64,000 bases of DNA from Hemiscyllium ocellatum (Eukaryota), in the NCBI RefSeq assembly GCF_020745735.1, contig NC_083449.1, forward strand, positions 5,926,923-5,990,922. Reading direction: 5' to 3'. A program made the translations under genes and the position numbers. The notes below the pieces were generated by a model, which saw only the letters and a program-made list of their open reading frames with translations, searched no databases and had not been told where the DNA came from. Below are positions 40,425 to 53,479 of the stretch, piece by piece. Position 1 is the stretch's first letter, and each line of letters opens with the position of its first letter.

Positions 40425-41111
40425 TGTGAGAAACAAAGCTCACTCACTTCAATAATTGCAGTCCGAGACAAGATGTGAATCAGTAGTGTCCTTTATTTCA
40501 CACTTGCAAGTGGGTGTGATGTCCACAAGGCAGGGACAAAACACACTGAATTCAACAAATAATCGATATTTATATAATTTGGTTCCTACATTTTTTTTTC
40601 TTATTTCATTGTTTCCCGCCCAGTTTACATCCTCCACTTCCCTAAGACCGGTACCCATTACTCCTGTTTATCTCTTGTCTGATCCGGCCTTGTCTGTGAC
40701 AAAATGCTTATTTCTGGCCTCACAAGACCATTTGACCACATTCTGCTGTGGGTTATTGTTAGCCCCTCACAGCATCTTATCACTAAGCCCTTTTAATTGG
40801 GGTTTGTTCCTGTGTTTCTGTAAAAGTGGGAAACAGATGTTTATACCTATTGTTTATACAAGCATATTTAGTTGAACTGCCTCTCTTCTCAGCATCTCAT
40901 CTAGTGCCTGTATTTCTACCATTGTTTTGCAGTCCGGTTTCTTTCTTGTATACATTTTTAGCTAATACAAAAAAAAGTTGTGCATTTCCTCCAGATAGTT
41001 TCCATTCTTGTTGACTCAGCTCCTGGCTGAAACACACTGATGTGAATTCATTTATTTTTTGTATAATCAATTATAATTACAGAAGTAACATTAATTTACC
41101 TATATCCCACA
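40425..41111 (-). mobile_element. Solo LTR (687 bp)
   Basis: TGTGAGA...TCCCACA termini; 5-bp TSD GACTA at 40420-40424 and 41112-41116; minus-strand TATA-like ~40570 and AATAAA at 40497-40492. Confidence 0.85.
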
Positions 41112-41138
41112 GACTATAACCTAGTGTTGAGTGATTTT

Positions 41139-42549
41139 CCTCCGCTACATCGATGACTGTATCGGCGCTGCCTCGTGCTCCCACGAGGAGGTTGAACAGT
41201 TCATCAACTTTACTAACACCTTCCATCCCGACCTGAAATTCACCTGGACTGTCTCAGACTCCTCCCTCCCCTTCCTAGACCTTTCCATTTCTATCTCGGG
41301 CGACCGACTCAACACAGACATCTATTATAAACCGACTGACTCCCACAGCTTCCTGGACTACACCTCCTCCCACCCTGCCCTCTGTAAAAACGCCATCCCA
41401 TATTCCCAATTCCTTCGTCTCCGCCGCATCTGCTCCCAGGAGGACCAATTCCAACACCGCACAGCCCAGATGGCCTCCTTCTTCAAGGACCACAGATTCC
41501 CCCCAGACGTGATCGACGATGCCCTCCACCGCATCTCCTCCACTTCCCGCTCCTCCGCCCTTGAGCCCCGCTCCTCCAACCGCCACCAAGACAGAACCCC
41601 ACTGGTTCTCACCTACCACCCCACCAACCTCCGCATACAACGTATCATCCGCCGCCATTTCCGCCACCTCCAAACGGACCCCACCACCAAGGATATATTT
41701 CCCTCCCCTCCCCTATCAGCGTTCCGCAAGGACCACTCCCTTCGTGACTCCCTCGTCAGATCCACACCCCCCCACCAACCCAACCTCCACCCCCGGCACC
41801 TTCCCCTGCAACCGCAGGAAATGTAAAACTTGCGCCCACACCTCCACACTCACTTCCCTCCAAGGCCCCAAGGGATCCTTCCATATCCGCCACAAGTTCA
41901 CCTGTACCTCCACACACATCATCTATTGCATCCGCTGCACCCGATGTGGCCTCCTCTATATTGGGGAGACAGGCTGCTTACTTGCGGAACGCTTCAGAGA
42001 ACACCTCCGGGCCGCCCGAACCAACCAACCCAATCACCCCGTGGCTCAACACTTTAACTCTCCCTCCCACTCCACCGAGGACATGCAGGTCCTTGGACTC
42101 CTCCACCGGCAGAACACAACTACACGACGGCTGGAGGAGGAGCGCCTCATCTTCCGCCTGGGAACCCTCCAACCACAAGGTATGAATTCAGATTTCTCCA
42201 GCTTCCTCATTTCCCCTCCCCCCACCTTGTCTCAGTCGGTTCCCTCAACTCAGCACCGCCCTCCTAACCTGCAATCCTCTTCCTGACCTCTCCGCCCCCA
42301 CCCCACTCCGGCCTATCACCCTCACCTTGACCTCCTTCCACCTATCCCACCTCCATCGCCCCTCCCCCTAGTCCCTCCTCCCTACCTTTTATCTTAGCCT
42401 GCTTGGCTCTCTCTCTCTTATTCCTGATGAAGGGCTTATGTTCGAAACGTCGAATTCTCTATTCCTGAGATGCTGCCTGGCCTGCTGTGCTTTGACCAGC
42501 AACACATTTTCAGCTGTGATCTCCAGCATCTGCAGACCTCATTTTTTAC
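41139..42549 (+). mobile_element. Penelope-like element (family 1), 5'-truncated: RT C-half, GIY-YIG endonuclease, pLTR
   Basis: FLRYIDD, LPFLDL, YYKPTDSH; IIYCIRCTRCGLLYIGETG...RFREH; one frameshift near the C-run at ~41770; 12-bp TSD TTGAGTGATTTT at 41127-41138 and 42550-42561. Confidence 0.92.
42420..42455 (+). ncRNA. Minimal type I hammerhead ribozyme motif in Penelope pLTR
   Basis: ATTC-CTGATGA-A-GGGC TTAT GTTC-GAAAC-GTC-GAAT: stem I ATTC/GAAT, stem II with G-U pairs, palindromic ACGT stem III, GUC cleavage triplet. Confidence 0.75.
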
Positions 42550-42743
42550 TTGAGTGATTTTTAACTGTGTACACCCCAGTCCAACACCGGCACCTCCAAT
42601 TCTCGAAAAATTGACTCACTGGTGATTTTATTTTGCAGATGCAAATTAGGAAAGGGAGTAAGGTATGATTGTTTGGACTATATTTTTGTAATGGAAAAAA
42701 CAAATCACCGAATAAGAATTCACGCATTCTCCTCTGGCATGTT

Positions 42744-42789
42744 GGCGGGCTTTTCAATTCGAAATAAAAGCGGTTGATCTCTTGGCGCC
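42744..42789 (-). promoter_or_regulatory. Composite motif copy D (downstream of H3)
   Basis: Minus strand TGGCGCCAAGAGATCAACCGCTTTTATTTCGAATTGAAAAGCCCGCC. Confidence 0.55.
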
Positions 42790-43040
42790 AAACCTTCTCC
42801 ACAAACACAAGCCATGTTTACCACCACGGTAAACAATGAGGAGACAGGGCTTTTGTTCGGGCAATTCCTAATCGTGTAGCAAAATTTCAAATATTTAATA
42901 TCGCATTATAATAAATTCTGCGATCACCGAAGACCTCGGTTGGTGTATCTTCATTGTCGCTGACTCCAAATGAATATTTTACTCAATACCCGTTTACTTC
43001 ATAGATTTATAATTATAACAGTAATGCAACCCATGGCTTC

Positions 43041-43079
43041 CCGCTCTCTCTGGATGGTTTAGTGGCTCTGAAAAGAGCC
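43041..43079 (-). terminator. H3 3' stem-loop and HDE
   Basis: Minus strand GGCTCT-TTTC-AGAGCC (43079-43064), ACTAA, then GAGAGAGCGG. Confidence 0.95.
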
Positions 43080-43131
43080 GTTGTGTGTCTCTCTCTCTCG
43101 GGGTGAATGTGCAGGGCGGGCCAGGCTCCGT

Positions 43132-43611
<480 letters not shown>

Positions 43612-44226
43612 TTAAGGGAACGGAGAGCCCGCCCTAGAGCTGGGATTGGATACAGCCCTGTCCTTCAACCCACAGAGAAACAGCTCCGGAAGGGACGGAC
43701 AAGGCAGGAAAAGAATTGTTGGAGGCTGATTGGTTCACTGGAAATGACAGTTGGTCAGTTTGAAAATTCCCGCCGAATTCACCCTCACAAACCTTGAGAT
43801 TAAATTAACCATAAAAACGCAAAACACCATCCATCTTCAACGAAGATAACATTTAATATTTTAAAGTAATTCTTTAAATCCTACGAGGCGGGATCATTGC
43901 CTGATCTGTCGGTAACAGGAAGGAGGAAAGGCGGGGTTTAAAACAGCTCAGACAAACTGAACAACCGAACGTTTACCCGGCGTGAATCAATCTAAATAAC
44001 TCCGCCAATTTAAACATCTTAAAAGCTAATGCAGTGAACACTGATAAAAGGACAGAATCTCACTTTACCTGTTATTTTTATTGTTACCCCCTGTGATACC
44101 TTCCCCATTCACAGGTCTCCACTTTCGTAAACCATGGCAAGAGTGTTTATTTGAGGTATTCACATCAATTAATATCTAAGGTAGGTCTGCGCTCGGCGCC
44201 GGGACGGAGAATATTGGATCCGGGCT

Positions 44227-44267
44227 CAGCTCTTCCCTGAGAGATGTGGGTGGCTCTGATAAGAGCC
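44227..44267 (-). terminator. H1 3' stem-loop and HDE
   Basis: Minus strand GGCTCT-TATC-AGAGCC (44267-44252), ACCCA, then GGGAAGAGCTG. Confidence 0.95.
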
Positions 44268-44303
44268 TTTGGGTTCAGATGGGTATATATTACACTGACT
44301 GGT

Positions 44304-44984
44304 TCATTTCTTTGCTGCTGTCTTGGTCACTTTTGCTTTGGGCTTGGCCTTGCTTTTAGCCGGTTTGCTGAGGGGTTTGGGGGCTTTAGGGCTCTTGGTC
44401 TTTTTCACCTTCTTCACGGGAGTCCGTTTCTTTGGCGCTGCTTTGCTCACCGCTTTCTTTGGCGGTGCCGTCTTCTTGCCGCTCGCTTTCTTGGCCGGGG
44501 ATTTCTTCACGGCCGGTTTCTTAGCTGGGGATTTCTTGGCTGTCGCTTTCTTGGCCTGGGATTTCTTTGCTGTCGCCTTCTTGGCTGATGATTTCTTCAC
44601 GGCCGGTTTCTTGGTGGCCGCTGATGTTCCCGCCTTCTTTCCCGCTTTTGCCTTGGCTGGATTCTTAGGGAGTTTGAAGGAGCCGGAGACGCCCTGGCCC
44701 TTGACCAGAACAAGGGAGCCGTTCGCCAGGCACCTCCTGATACTCATCTTAATCTGGAGCTTCCGCTTCTCCACATCGATCCCTCTTCTCTCCAGCGCCT
44801 TCTTTACAGCGAACAGAGACGTCCCCTTGCGATCCTTGATATCCCCGACAACCTTCAGAATCAGCTCTCCCAACCCAGGACCGGGTGTTCTTTTCCTGGG
44901 AGCCGCCGCTTTTTTCTTGGGAGCCTTGGCTTTGGTGGGAGCGGAGGCTGGAGGAGCCGTTTCGGTGGCTGCACTGTCGCTCAT
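44304..44984 (-). CDS. H1: Linker histone H1, replication-dependent, divergent globular domain (226 aa)
   Basis: ATG at 44984; MSDSAATETAPPA..., globular domain ending KGQGVSGSFKL, Lys/Ala/Pro-rich tail with SPAK/TPVK/SPK motifs; stem-loop downstream. Confidence 0.95.
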   Translation of the reverse strand: MSDSAATETAPPASAPTKAKAPKKKAAAPRKRTPGPGLGELILKVVGDIKDRKGTSLFAVKKALERRGIDVEKRKLQIKMSIRRCLANGSLVLVKGQGVSGSFKLPKNPAKAKAGKKAGTSAATKKPAVKKSSAKKATAKKSQAKKATAKKSPAKKPAVKKSPAKKASGKKTAPPKKAVSKAAPKKRTPVKKVKKTKSPKAPKPLSKPAKSKAKPKAKVTKTAAKK

Positions 44985-45132
44985 GTTGAGAACTCTGCGC
45001 TGAATCTCTCTCTGCGTCAGTCTGAACTGGGTCAGCAATAAAGCTGCTGGCGGCGGCACTGAGCAACTTCAAGGCAGCGAGCGGACGGCGCAGGGACAAC
45101 CTGCCGTCAGCTCCCTGATCCTGTTGCTTTTC

Positions 45133-45139
45133 TGTGTTT
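45133..45139 (-). promoter_or_regulatory. H1 box (AC box)
   Basis: AAACACA on minus strand ~150 nt upstream of the H1 ATG. Confidence 0.65.
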
Positions 45140-45988
45140 CTCTAACGGCTTAAACTCTCCGATTCCTCTGAAATTCCACATCTCCAGAGAGCCAGGCTCG
45201 ATCGCTCCTCACCCAGACAAGGGAAGGTTTACGGCCGAGAAGTTTTCACTCGAATACAGGGCTCCGTTGTTGAGTTAAACGTATTTTGCTGCAGCACTGA
45301 TGGCGCTCTCTGAGCTGAACGGTGACATTTTCGCTACTGTTTGACCGAAATCTTGTAACTAATAAATATATTGCCTTGAATTGTACCTTTTGAGGTTTAG
45401 AAGGGGAGCAGGGGGATAACCTCAATTGTAAATATTTTTGAGTTACATAGGAGAGACTTAGAAATATCATAATATTAGCGGACACACAAACACAGTTACG
45501 TTAGACTCACCGTCCGCCCTTTTCCGACAGTCTCTCTGACACAATATTCACATTCACACAGTCACGCCGAAATATCACCAAATGTTAAGTGTGGAACGTT
45601 AGAATTTCTCCTCCTTTCAGCCTTTGCTCCGGCGTTCAGGGAGTTAGATGTAGTTTTTCTCCTCAATAACTGTTACACTCTCATCAGCTCTACTGTTTAC
45701 TCAAAGATGGCCAGTCGGTTTGTCAGACTTAGAAGACAGAACAGTATGCACGGAAACAGGCCCTTCACATCCATAATGATTCTAGCAGATCCTGAATACT
45801 GTTTAGGCAAATGCTTCATAATTGAAGCTTTCATTTTGATTTTTCCCTGTAGGCTGACTGGTCTATAGTTCCCAATTTTATACCAACCTCCCTTTTCCAT
45901 TGGATTGCTTACACTAGCTAGCCCTCAATCTGTGTAAATTATTGCAGAGTTTATAGAATCTTGGAACATGACCACCACTGCATTCAGT

Positions 45989-46106
45989 CAAAAGTGAGGG
46001 GTGCATGTGCTGGAAATCAGAGTGGTGCTGGAAAAGCAGAGCAGGTCAGGCAGCATCCGAGGAGCAGGAAAATCGATGTTTCGGACAAAAGCCCTTCATC
46101 AGGAAT
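45989..46106 (-). mobile_element. 118-bp pLTR-only mini-element with hammerhead-like core
   Basis: 16-bp TSD CACCACTGCAT(T/C)CAGT at 45973-45988 and 46107-46122. Confidence 0.75.
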
Positions 46107-46589
46107 CACCACTGCATCCAGTACTACTCAGCCCACTACATTAAATACTCTGTGACGTGGATGATCAAGGTCTAATGTTTCCCAACCTTCAATCCTACTC
46201 ACTGTCCCAACATCATTTCCCTCTCAGTAAACTCCCCAACATTACTACAGTGTTAGTTGTGTGAACATTTGTGAACAGAGAACAACATTATTTTAGAGAT
46301 TTTTGAGACGTTTTTGTTCCCCATTTTAAACTCCCCCTTTTTATGTTGTAAGTGACATATGGTCCTCTTTACCAACCTATTTCTCTCTTTACACATTTAT
46401 TTTTACTTCAGCAGTGTTTTTTTTCATGGCTTCTGCTACATTACTGTCTTCTTCATTTGCTCTTTGTTAGTAAAAATCCCTTTTCCCTGCCAGTGGCTGA
46501 ATTTAGGTCTGTTTGCAGCCTTCACATCTTTCACTATATACCTTCCCAAATTTTAGGCCTTTTCTTTGAACCAAAAGCTATCTTGAATA

Positions 46590-49500
46590 GCTTGTTCAAG
46601 TTTCACAACATCCTTTCCATAGGAGAGAACCCAGAATTGCACATAATATTCCAAAAGTGTCATAAGCAATGTTCTGTACATCCACAATGTATTCTCCCCA
46701 AGTTACATACTCAAAACTCTGACTAGTAAAGGAAAACATATAAATGCCTTCTTTGCTATCCTTTCTAACTATAACTCTACTTTCAAGCAACAATGAATCA
46801 GCATTCCAACGTCAATTAGTTCAGCAACACTCCACAGGACCTTAATATTAAGTGTATAAGTCCTGCCCTGATTTGCCTTTCGAAATTGCTGCACCTCATA
46901 TTGATTTAAATTGAACTCAATATGCCAATCCTGGGTCCAATCGCTCAACTGATTGAGACCCATCTGTATTCTGAGGTAGCCTTCTTTGCAAGCTACTACA
47001 CCTACAATTTTTGTGTAATCTGCAAACTTATTAGCAATAGGTGCAACTTCACATCCAAATCATTCATAATAATGTGGAGGTGCTAGTGTTGGACTGAGGT
47101 GTGCGAAGTTAAAAATGACACAACACCAGGTTATACTCCAACAGGTTTATTTGGAAGTACAAGCATTCAGAGCATCGACACTTGACGGAGGAACAGCACT
47201 CTGAAATCTTGTATTTCCAAATAAACTTGTTGGGATTATAACCTGGTGTTGTCATTTTTTTAAACTATAATCATTTATATAAATGATGAAAAGCAGCAGA
47301 CCAAGCAATGATTCTTGTAGTACATCATTTGACACAGGCCTCCAGTCTGAAAAGCATCCCTCCACCACCACCCTCTGTCTTCTACCTTCAAACAAGTTCT
47401 GTAATCCAAATGGTGAGTTCTCCCTGCATTCCATGTGATCTAATCTTGCTAACTAATTTCCCATGGGGAAACTTGTCAAATGTCTTACTGAAGGCCGTAT
47501 AAATCACATCCATCACTTTGCTCTCATCAGTCCTCTTCCTTACCAATTCAAAAAAAAATCAGTTGAGTTAGTGATACATGATGTCCCACGCAGAAAGTCA
47601 CGTTGACTACCCCTAAAATAATCCTGGTCTTTTGAAAAATGTAAATCCTGTCTCTCAGAATCACCTCAACTGTTCAATAGTTCCCTGGCTTTGCCTTACC
47701 ACCATTCTTAAACAGTGGCACCACGTTGACCAACTTCCAGTCTTTTTGCACCTCAACTGTGACTATTGATGGTACAAGTATCTCAGCAAGGGGCCCAACA
47801 ATCACTTCCCTAGCTTATCATCATGTTCCAGGGTACTCCTGATCAGGTGCTCGTGCTTTATCCACCTTTTATGTTTAAAAACATCCAGCAGCACCTCCTC
47901 TGTATTATGAACATTTTTCAAGATGTCACCATCTATTTCCCACATTCTACATCTTCCATTTCCTTCTCTACAGTAAGAACTCACTTAGTATCTCCCACAT
48001 TTCCTGTTGTTCCACACATAGGCTGCCCTGCTAATTTTTGCTGGGCCTTTTTGCCCTTCATGTATTTATAAAATCTGTTTAAATTCTCCATAACAATATT
48101 TGCCAAAGATATCTTATGTCCCTTTTTTGCCCTCCTGATTTCCATCTTAAGTTTTTCCCTAATGCCTTTATACACTTTGAAAGATTCAGTCAACCTCTGC
48201 TGTTTTTAACTAATATATACTTCCTTCTTATTCGGACCAAAACCTCAACTTCTTTTTTTCATCCAGCATTTCCTATACTTACCAGTCATGCCTTTCACTC
48301 TAACAAGAACATACTGTCTCTGGACCCTCGTTTTGTCATTGTTGAAGGCTTCCCATTTTCCAGCCATCCTTTTGCCTGTGAATATCTGCCCTCACTCAAC
48401 TTTTGAAGGTTCTTGCATAATACTCTCAAAATTGGCCTTCCTCCAAATTAGAAATTTAACTTTGAGATCTGGCATATCCTTTTCAATCAACAGTTTTAAA
48501 TTATAGTCATTGGTCCCAAAATGCTCCCCCACTGACACATCACTATATCCCAAGTGTAGGTCAAGTTTTGCACCTTGGCTAGAAGGTACATTCACATACT
48601 GAATCAGAAAATTTTCTTGTGCACACTTAAGGAATTCCTCTCTGTTGAAACCATTCACAAAATGGCAGTCCCAATCTATGATTGGAAAGTTAAAATCTCT
48701 CACCATAACTACACCAGTATTCCTGCAGACCTAAGATCTCCTTACAAATTTGTTTCTCAATTTCCTCATGACTGTTGGGTGTCTACAGCCCAATCCCAAT
48801 AAGATGATCAAACCCTTTCTTATTTCTCAGTTCCACCCAAATAATTCCCAGGAAAATCCCCCTAAGTATATCTGTAATCTTACCTCTTGCCAAACACGTC
48901 ACTCCCCATTTCCTCTTGCTGCCCACCTCTCCCCATCCTTTGATTCCTGGAACATTAAGCTGCCGTTGTGTCCATCCCCGAACCATGTCTCTGTAATTGC
49001 TATGATATCCCAAGACCAATCCCATTTCCCTAATCGTGTCCTGAGATCATCGTTCTTCCCTGTTAGGCCTCTTCTATTGAAATAAACGCAGTTTAATTGA
49101 TGAATCCTAAGTCATTCTCTGCTATGTTCCTGCCTGCCCTGCCTGTTTGACTTGCCAACCAAACCTGCCTCAGATTGATCTCTTTCCTCACAATCTCCTT
49201 GGTTCCCGCCCCACACCTTACTAGTGTAATCCCTCCCCAGCAGCTCCAGGAAATGTCTCTGCCAGTATATTAGACCCCTTCCAATTAGCTGCAATCCATT
49301 CATTTTATACAAGTTACGTCGTCCCAGAAGAGATTCCAATGATCCAAAATATGAACCCTTCTCCCCTGCACCAGCTCCTGACTTGGGCATTACCTTATTC
49401 TATCATCCTACTCCTACCCTCACTCGCGCGGAGCAGTGGGAGTAATCTACATGTTACTACCGGAGAGGACCTCCTTTCTGAATTCTTGCCTCTTTCTTAT

Positions 49501-49680
49501 TCTTCCTTCGGAATCTAATCCTTTCCCCTTCGTATGTAGTTAGTTCCAGTGTTTACTCGGGCTGGTCACTCTCGCTTTTGTGAATATCGTGCACTCTCTC
49601 CAAGATATCCTTGATCCCGGCACCAGGGAGGCAACACACGATTGTGATTTCTCGCTGTCGGCCAGAGAGACGTCTGTCTG
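46590..49680 (-). mobile_element. Degraded CR1/HER1-like LINE
   Basis: Minus-strand remnants RRQRVVVEGCFSDWRPV, DFNFPIIDW, WVELRNKKG and ORF1-like sequence. Confidence 0.8.
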
Positions 49681-50799
49681 ACAAAAAGATTCGAGTTTTG
49701 TAATTTGTAAAAGGAGGACCTTCCAAATCGCGACTACTTCCATCTAAGACGAATTAAGGCAGTTGATGTAGGGGAACAACGCCTTGATATCGGGCAAGGT
49801 CCTTTCCAAGACACTCACCATGCTGACTTGGAAATAAAACCGCTTTCTTTCACTGTCACTGGATCAAGACCCTGGAACTCTGTGTTCATGGCATTGTGGG
49901 CAGCACATGGACAACGGCTGTTCCAGAAGGCGGCTCACCACCGTCTTCTCAAAGGGATGGAGAATAAATGCTCAGCCAGCGCCATCCACGTTCCAGGAGT
50001 GAATAAACAAAAACAGCTGGGGTGTCTCGTTGTGGCATACAATACATCACAAGGTTTCTGTCTGCAGCATGGAGAAAGTGAGGACTGCAGATGCTGGAGA
50101 TCAGAGCTGAAAATGTGTTGCTGGAAGCATCCAAGGAGCAGGAGAGTCGACGTTTCGGGCCTGAAGAAGGGCTCATGCCCGAAACATCGACTCTCCTGCT
50201 CCTTGGATGCTGCCTGACCTGCTGCGCTTTTCCAGCAACACATTTTCAGTTCTGTCTGTCATCCACTACAACCTAAATCGAGTCCCAGAGATGTTGTTGC
50301 ACACTGGGCCTGACTTTTGCACGGCCCTCCTGACCCAGAAATAAGCACTGACACTGTGATTCAAGACTCTCTCCATCAGATATTTTCTAACTTCATAAGA
50401 ATGTTCCACTTATTCCATCTCTGTAAGGAATTAATATTTGTGGTTGAGGGGTCAGCAGGATTAAATACTACAGGTGACATTCGATCCGACGTGATGTTAT
50501 CGAATAGGGGAGCACAGGGGATGGGCCGAGTGGCCGCCAGCTTCTCCACCTGATCAGATTGTGAGAGCCGGAGGGAGGAGTTATTAACATGACCCGGGAA
50601 TGAGCTCCATAAAGGGATAATGCCCCAGCTTGAAACCTTCTCTGCCCTTTCCCCCACATCCCCAGCTCCTTAAGTCTAACTGAGAGAAAAGGGAATTGGG
50701 GAAATGGCCAATTGATGTTTGTTTCTGGGAAGTTTTGGGAAAACATCGCATGCATAATACATCATTGCACGCTCGACTGTCCCAATGCTGACCAGAGGA

Positions 50800-51180
50800 G
50801 CGCATGCGTGAGGCCCTCCCCCAGCGCTGCCATTGAGGAGCATTTACTCAGTGAGTGCAAGAGGTTTGTTTGAAACAGACCGCAATGGAGAGATCAGCGC
50901 CCAGGGAAGCGAGGGAACAGCAGGCTCCTTCCAGCAGCACATCGGGATGGGAGCCTGGGACACAGAGGGGGCTCCGAGACCGGGATTAACTCGGGGTGAG
51001 TTCAGGGAGAACCGGGGGCTGTTTGTAAGAGGCCGAGCGGAGCAGGAACTGGTCCCGGAACTTGGAGTGAGCGGGCTGGGGGGGGAAGAGAGAGGCCTTT
51101 CTCGGGCTGTGTGTGGGCCTGCTGAGGGAGACAGAGCGGGAAGAAGCTGCTGTGGGACATTCTTGTGGTTCTTAATCCCC
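50800..51180 (+). repeat. GC-rich promoter/first-exon module, inverted copy
   Basis: GCGCATGCGT at 50800-50809; donor G|GTGAGT at 50995/50996. Confidence 0.65.
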
Positions 51181-51652
51181 TAAACACTAATGGGAATTCA
51201 TTGTTTGACTTCTGTTTCACGCTGTTTGTTGCTAATAGACATTGAAATAAAGGACACTAGAGACAAATGTAATAATCCTGTGTAGGATAGATATAGCAGG
51301 CTAGATAAATAATCGTCTCCAAGTATGTGAAATCGTGCCCAATATTTGTTTTTCAACAGTTAATGTATTGGGAGCTAGACATTGAACTGTGTAATCATTT
51401 CATTTGTGGAGATGTCCATATGTTGGTGAGTTTATTTTATCTAAATGAAATGTTTTAGAATTTGCGAAACAGAAAAAGACTGGAAGGAGCTCAGGGCTCG
51501 AGTGGAACCAGGATCTGCATTGTTCACCTTGCCTTGTTCAAAAACAAAGAATTATAATGATCATGACCTGAATATTGCATTGATCATTTGATATCTTCCT
51601 ACTCAGCTGCTAGTGATGTACAGGAGTTCTCTCTCTTTTGTTCTTTCTCCAG

Positions 51653-51707
51653 GCAAGTATTTGATGGATCAATCCAAGAGTGACCAACTGCTTCTCTCAC
51701 CCAGCAG
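51653..51707 (+). other. Repeated exon, copy 5 (55 nt; 27-nt internal deletion)
   Basis: Acceptor ttttgttctttctccag, donor CAG|gtatgt. Confidence 0.6.
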
Positions 51708-53479
51708 GTATGTTACCACTGTCAGAGAGAAGTTCATTTCCAGTCAGAGTGGCTTGAGTCAGACACACATTGAACTCCATTTCCAGAAGTACACATTCAA
51801 TCCAAGAGTTAAACACAACTGACGATATATAAATCTACATTATTTTGTCCTGTTCTCAGTGCTTACCACCTCAGTGACAGTAAATTCCATTGTTCCAAGC
51901 CAATTATCATTCATAAGATTAGAATCAGGTTAGATTGTATGTTGTAATAAATATATATTTATGAGCTGTATTAAATTCATATGTAGATTTGGCATTTTTA
52001 AAGTTACAATCAATTTGAACAAACTGATCATGGTGTTACATGGTTATAACAAATATAAATATGAAGTGTATATTTGAGTGCAGATATAGAAGCAATGTTG
52101 GACATTTATATGGAGTAGGACAAAATTATTCTTTTGATAAACAGTTGTCCTGTACAAATACAATAATCAAACAAACCTATTGGTCAAGCCTTAGCTACAG
52201 AGGATGCTTCTAGAGAGGATGCTTAATGCTTGTTCACATGCGTACATACATATGTCTGTGTCTGTCTCTGTCTCTCTCATTCTCAGTCTCCGCCTAGTGT
52301 TGATGGAAACACACTTTATGCACGCTCCCATTCTGGTTGAGGGCCTCAGTAATGCAGAAGCATTTCCAGACTTTTTAATGTATGAAATACTGATTGATAA
52401 GATCTTATAATTTATGAGGTGGTTGTATCAGAACTGGAATCACACAGAGACATACAGACAAAGTTGGTGTGATCTCGACCAGTACCACACTTTAAAGTGA
52501 TACAGATTGGCAGCACAACAGAAAACTCACTCTCACTCAGCCAGTTAATGGTAAAAGAGAGAAGAAAATGCAATTTAGGCCCACAGCTACTTCCAGATAT
52601 GGACAGTCATAAACTGACTGACCACATTATCAATCGCTTCAGAAGATGTTAATATTACATGTTACATTATTGCAGTGCCCAGCAGCAACTGCCAAAGACT
52701 ACTGCACACACAAAATGAAAAATGAAAACTGAGATTGAATACAATGAAATTCAGATTCTTGGCAAACATAAGTATTGAACCAACATTAATGCCTCAACCA
52801 CACAGGTTTATCAAATATTGAATGGGTTTATCCTACACCCTGCTGAAGAAATGCAAGTGAACATAGAGAATGGCATCCATATACTCGACTTGTCACTGTT
52901 ACACACAGAGCAAAACTGGTACTATAGGTATCATTAGCTGCAGAACTAATCTCAAATTGGCATTTACACCGAGACACTGGCAGTAAGTGAATGAAGATTA
53001 GAATCCCAACAATTATTGGAAACTAGCATGGAGAACAGATAAAGAATAAAATGTCCCAGTGCAGACACAACAGGCAGAATGATTGTACCAATTCTGTGAT
53101 GGAGTCATAAGTCACAAAATGCATAAGAGATATTAAGCCCAATCTCAACACCCTAAACACGATTATCAAAGATTGAATCTCAATCACAGAATTTTTTTTT
53201 TCTAATTCATTCATGGGATGGGGGCGTCACTGACTTGGCCAGCATTTATTGCCCATCCCTAACTACCCATGCACCCACATTGATGTGGGTCTGGAGTCAC
53301 ATGCAGGCCAGACAAGGGAAGGATGGCAGTTTCCTTCATTCAAGGACATTACTGAACCAGATGAGTTTTTCTGGCAATTAACAGTAGATTCATGGACATC
53401 ATTAGACTCTTCGAATATTATTGCCTGCCAGAGAATTGATTAACTTTGATATATAAGAATTGAAAGTGACTGGAACTCA

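Larger units (their letters stand above)
35933..42598 (+). mobile_element. Penelope-like element (family 2) with inverted 5' pLTR, host of nested insertions
   Basis: GIY-YIG remnant at 39480-39812 (VYLIHCRQGCPEAW..IGETKQ..EHFSGPGHS); 39084-39410 is an inverted copy of ~40110-40424; pLTR end segments at 35933-35968, 41112-41138 and 42550-42598. Confidence 0.8.

Noticed and set aside
50833-51183. 116-aa ORF in the first-exon module (96-aa twin at 31972-32262)
   Set aside because: Non-ATG start, GC-rich, frameshifted between copies at a G-run, and crosses a strong splice donor.
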